This document shows, piece by piece, positions 60,845 through 64,000 of a DNA stretch of 64,000 nt. Where the stretch lies: contig CAWEJX010000008.1 in NCBI GenBank assembly GCA_963809485.1, positions 609,699 through 673,698 on the forward strand, written 5' to 3'. A program made the position numbers and the translations under genes. Each line of letters opens with the position of its first letter. Position 1 is the first letter of the stretch. The DNA is from an uncultured Acidobacteriota bacterium. Its GTDB lineage: Bacteria > Acidobacteriota > UBA6911. The notes beneath the pieces are model-generated. The model saw only the letters and a list, made by a program, of their open reading frames with translations, searched no databases and was not told the origin of the DNA.

Positions 60845-63337
60845 ATGTCAGACACAAACGGCAACAACGGCAACAACGGTGCTTTAATCCGTCCCAATAA
60901 CGGTCAAGACGGTCAGCCTCGCGTAGTGCCCTACGAGACCTACGACCCGTACGCCTATCCGGCGGAATACGTCTTCCCCGGCACTCACGCAAAGCACCTG
61001 CGTGACTACTGGCGCGTCATCATGCGCCGGAAATGGATCGTCCTCGCCATCGTAGTGGCGGCAGTAGCCTGCGCGGCAATCTACACGATGCGCCAGACCC
61101 CGCTCTACCAGGCCACCGCCCAGCTCGAGATCGACCAGGCGTCGGACAATGTGCTCCCGTATCAGCAGGTAACCGGCCAGAACGATTACAGCTACTACTA
61201 CGAAGAGTACCTGCAGACGCAGATCAAGCACCTGACCAGCCGCAGTCTGGCAAGCAGAGTTGCAGTAGCCGCCGGTCTCGACAAAGAGGACGCGTCAAAT
61301 CCCGTAGGCGCAAACGAAAAATCCGGACTGCTTTCCCGCTGGGCATGGCTGACAAGCCCCAAAAAGCCCAACGTACCCGCTCGCCCGCTGACCAAAGAGG
61401 AGAGACTCGATCAAGGCATCGGCCTGGTGCTCGGAGGCCTCAGTGTTACGCCAATCAAGAACTCGCGCGTAGTGGATGTCAGCTACAGCTCCCCGGACCC
61501 GGCGCTGGCAGCCAGGATAGTGAATGTGATCTGCCAGGAGTACATCGAGTACAACTTCCAGGCCAAATTTGACGCTACTTCGCGTGCAACCGATTTCCTG
61601 CAGAAGCAGCTGGTGGATTTGAAAGCAAAGGTGGAGAAGTCCGACAACGACCTGATCGATTATGCCCGGACGCACAGCATCACGACCGTTGGTGAAAAAG
61701 AGGACGTCGTATCGCAGACGCTCACCGACATCAACGGCAAGCTCACGGAAGCGAAGGCTGCGCGCATGGAGAAGGAGTCGGTGTACCGCACGCTGTCGCT
61801 GGCCACGCCGGAGGACTTCCCCCAGGCTCTTCGTACGCCCTTAATCACAACAATCGAAACCAACCTGCTGAACGACGAGCAGGAAATGGCCAAACTCACG
61901 TCGCAGTTCGGTCCGGGAATGCCCCAGGTGAAGCAGCTGGAAAGCCGTGTGCGCCGGGCGAAGGAGCAGTTAAAGCGCGAACGCCAGCTGGCGATCGACA
62001 ATGCCCGCATGGAATTTGAAACCGCGACGGCAAGGGAAAAGCTCCTGGCGCAGGCTTTCGACAAGCAGAAGGGCCTTGCGAACCAGTTAAACGAGTCGAA
62101 CATCCACTACAACATCCTGAAGCGCGAAGTGGAAACCAACAAGCAGCTCTATGACGGATTGCTGCAGCGCATGAAGGAAGCGGGCGTGGCGGCGGGATTG
62201 AAATCCAGCAACATAAGGATTGTTGACAAGGCAGAGGTGCCGGGTGGTCCGTACAGCCCGGATTTGCGCAAAAATCTCGCGATGGGATTGCTTGTAGGGC
62301 TGATGGGCGGCTTGGGTCTCGCATTTTTCCTGAATTACCTGGACAACACGGTGAAAACCCCGGAGGACGTCGAGGAAATGATCGGCCTGCCGTCTTTGGG
62401 TCTGATTCCCAGCCTGCAGTCTTCGCATGGCAGCTACGGTTACAGGTATAGCAAAAGCGGGCGGAAGCACAGAGCCGGAGCGGAAGCTCTGGCCAAGCAG
62501 GGAGTGGAACTGGCTTCGCTGACGGCGAGCAGTTCGCTGATCGCGGAGGCGTACCGCGGCGTACGGACGGCGCTGCTGCTTTCGACGCCGGAGAATCCCC
62601 CCAAGGTCATCATGGTTACGTCCTCGAAAGCCGCGGAGGGCAAGACAACGACGGTATGCAACACGGCCCTGAGCCTGGCGCAAACCGGGAAGAGCGTGCT
62701 GATCCTGGACTGCGACATGCGCCGTCCCAAGATCCGCAAGATTTTCAGCGGAAATGGGAATGCGGGCCTGAGCGAGTATCTGACCGGCCAGGTGGATTTT
62801 GCGGATGTTGTGCAGGAAAGCACCATCCCAAATCTTTACATCGCGCATTCCGGCACGATCCCGCCCAATCCGGGCGAACTGCTCGGCTCGCTGAAAATGG
62901 AGGAGGCCATTGACGCCGCCGCCGCCACTTTCGACTTCATCCTGATCGACACGCCGCCGTTGATGTCGGTAACGGATCCGCTGATTATCGCGCCAATGAC
63001 GGACGGGGTTATTCTGGTGACTAAGGGCGGCGGCAGTCCGCCGGAAGTATTGCGGAAAGCGAAGAAAAGCCTGGAACTGGTCCACGCCCGCATTCTGGGA
63101 GTGCTATGCAACAGCGTCGACCTCCACTCCACCGCCTATCATTATTACTACCACCAATATTACGACTATCATTCCTACGTATCCAACGAAGACAAAATCC
63201 CCCCAGTTCCCCCAGCTAACCAAAGGGGCTTCCCAACCTTCAACGGAAACGAGCCCCTGAGCGACGACCAGAGCAAAGGACTGACCAAATTGGCTTGGAT
63301 AGCAGATAAAAAGATAACAGGCGTTGATATCATGTAG
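60845..63337 (+). CDS. wzc: Polysaccharide co-polymerase / BY-kinase
   Basis: Wzz N-terminus, 'AEAYRGVRT', Walker A 'EGKTT', 'DCDMRRP', 'IDTPP', Tyr cluster 'YHYYYHQYYDYHSY'. Confidence 0.95.
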   Translation: MSDTNGNNGNNGALIRPNNGQDGQPRVVPYETYDPYAYPAEYVFPGTHAKHLRDYWRVIMRRKWIVLAIVVAAVACAAIYTMRQTPLYQATAQLEIDQASDNVLPYQQVTGQNDYSYYYEEYLQTQIKHLTSRSLASRVAVAAGLDKEDASNPVGANEKSGLLSRWAWLTSPKKPNVPARPLTKEERLDQGIGLVLGGLSVTPIKNSRVVDVSYSSPDPALAARIVNVICQEYIEYNFQAKFDATSRATDFLQKQLVDLKAKVEKSDNDLIDYARTHSITTVGEKEDVVSQTLTDINGKLTEAKAARMEKESVYRTLSLATPEDFPQALRTPLITTIETNLLNDEQEMAKLTSQFGPGMPQVKQLESRVRRAKEQLKRERQLAIDNARMEFETATAREKLLAQAFDKQKGLANQLNESNIHYNILKREVETNKQLYDGLLQRMKEAGVAAGLKSSNIRIVDKAEVPGGPYSPDLRKNLAMGLLVGLMGGLGLAFFLNYLDNTVKTPEDVEEMIGLPSLGLIPSLQSSHGSYGYRYSKSGRKHRAGAEALAKQGVELASLTASSSLIAEAYRGVRTALLLSTPENPPKVIMVTSSKAAEGKTTTVCNTALSLAQTGKSVLILDCDMRRPKIRKIFSGNGNAGLSEYLTGQVDFADVVQESTIPNLYIAHSGTIPPNPGELLGSLKMEEAIDAAAATFDFILIDTPPLMSVTDPLIIAPMTDGVILVTKGGGSPPEVLRKAKKSLELVHARILGVLCNSVDLHSTAYHYYYHQYYDYHSYVSNEDKIPPVPPANQRGFPTFNGNEPLSDDQSKGLTKLAWIADKKITGVDIM

Positions 63338-63555
63338 CTTGCCATCGCCAGATATTCAATGGAGAAATCAGGAAGCCTGTCCCGCCCTTGAAAGCAGCAC
63401 AAAATAGCACGCAGCTAATGAGCTGTTCCCTATAGAAGAAGTCCCGGCAGGGGCGAAAGGTTTTTGCCTTATCGAACCATTATGTAGATTTCAACCTGAA
63501 ACCTTCAAACATTCAGCGGTTTTACTGAATTTGGAATTGCATCCACAGATTTGCC

Positions 63556-64000
63556 GTGAAAACTAAAACCAAAAGAATATCGTTCATATTCGGTACCCGC
63601 CCGGAAGCGATAAAGCTTTGTCCGCTAATACTCTCAACGAAAAAACGGCGAGGCTTCTCAGCCAAAATATGTGTGACAGCCCAGCATCGATCGATGCTCG
63701 ATCAAGTTCTTAATGTTTTTGGAGTAATCCCCGACGTAGATCTGAATCTGATGGAGGAAGGCCAAACGCTGGGTAGATTTGCCTCCCGAGCCTTGGCTGC
63801 GATTGATGCTTATCTCGCGGAAACCAAACCTGACATGGTGATTGTTCAGGGAGACACAACGACCGTATTTTGTGCTGCATTGGCCGCGTTTTATCGGCGA
63901 ATTCCTGTCGGACATGTTGAGGCAGGCCTGCGGACGTGGAACAAATACCTACCCTACCCAGAGGAAGTCAACCGGGTTTTGACAACCCGTTTAGGCGACC
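63556..64000 (+). CDS. wecB: UDP-N-acetylglucosamine 2-epimerase (runs off window)
   Basis: 'FGTRPEAIK', 'TAQHR', 'VQGDTTT', 'HVEAGLRT', 'PYPEEVNR'. Confidence 0.93.
   Translation, partial: MKTKTKRISFIFGTRPEAIKLCPLILSTKKRRGFSAKICVTAQHRSMLDQVLNVFGVIPDVDLNLMEEGQTLGRFASRALAAIDAYLAETKPDMVIVQGDTTTVFCAALAAFYRRIPVGHVEAGLRTWNKYLPYPEEVNRVLTTRLGD

Noticed and set aside
1-64000. tRNA/rRNA genes or riboswitches
   Set aside because: No cloverleaf, rRNA signature or riboswitch consensus was recognisable by eye; an Infernal/tRNAscan run would be needed to exclude them fully.

Overview
GC-rich bacterial chromosomal window, probably an anaerobic Acidobacteriota member (inferred from the Acidobacterial-type VWA protein, PEP-CTERM protein, DUF5916 proteins and double-cubane reductase). 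Positions 1-49 kb are mostly housekeeping and metabolic genes: asnS, CYTH, kinase-dCMP deaminase fusion, namZ, HNH, dprA, topA, EF-G paralog, lgt, rluA, thiI, macrodomain, PBP, DCCP/DCCP-R, NAD-linked formate dehydrogenase, mobA and tannase. Positions 49-60.8 kb are a patchwork of small modules, toxin-antitoxin genes and gene remnants that leads into an exopolysaccharide locus (upxY/rfaH-like, wza, wzc, wecB). The dominant unexplained signal is a ~105-bp palindromic element, present at about 30 loci. Each arm has four ACGCYGAC motifs at 10-11 bp spacing around an AT-only core. It supplies stop codons and NADxR C-terminal tails, is amplified together with adjacent gene ends into tandem arrays (5x138 bp, 6x154 bp) with a shared GTCAG junction, and bounds cassette-like modules. 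A second highlight is an unannotated 42-codon ORF with an in-frame TGA and a SECIS-like hairpin just upstream of the double-cubane reductase operon. Several genes carry frameshifts that are probably sequencing errors. Product calls are from motif recognition only; no database searches were run.
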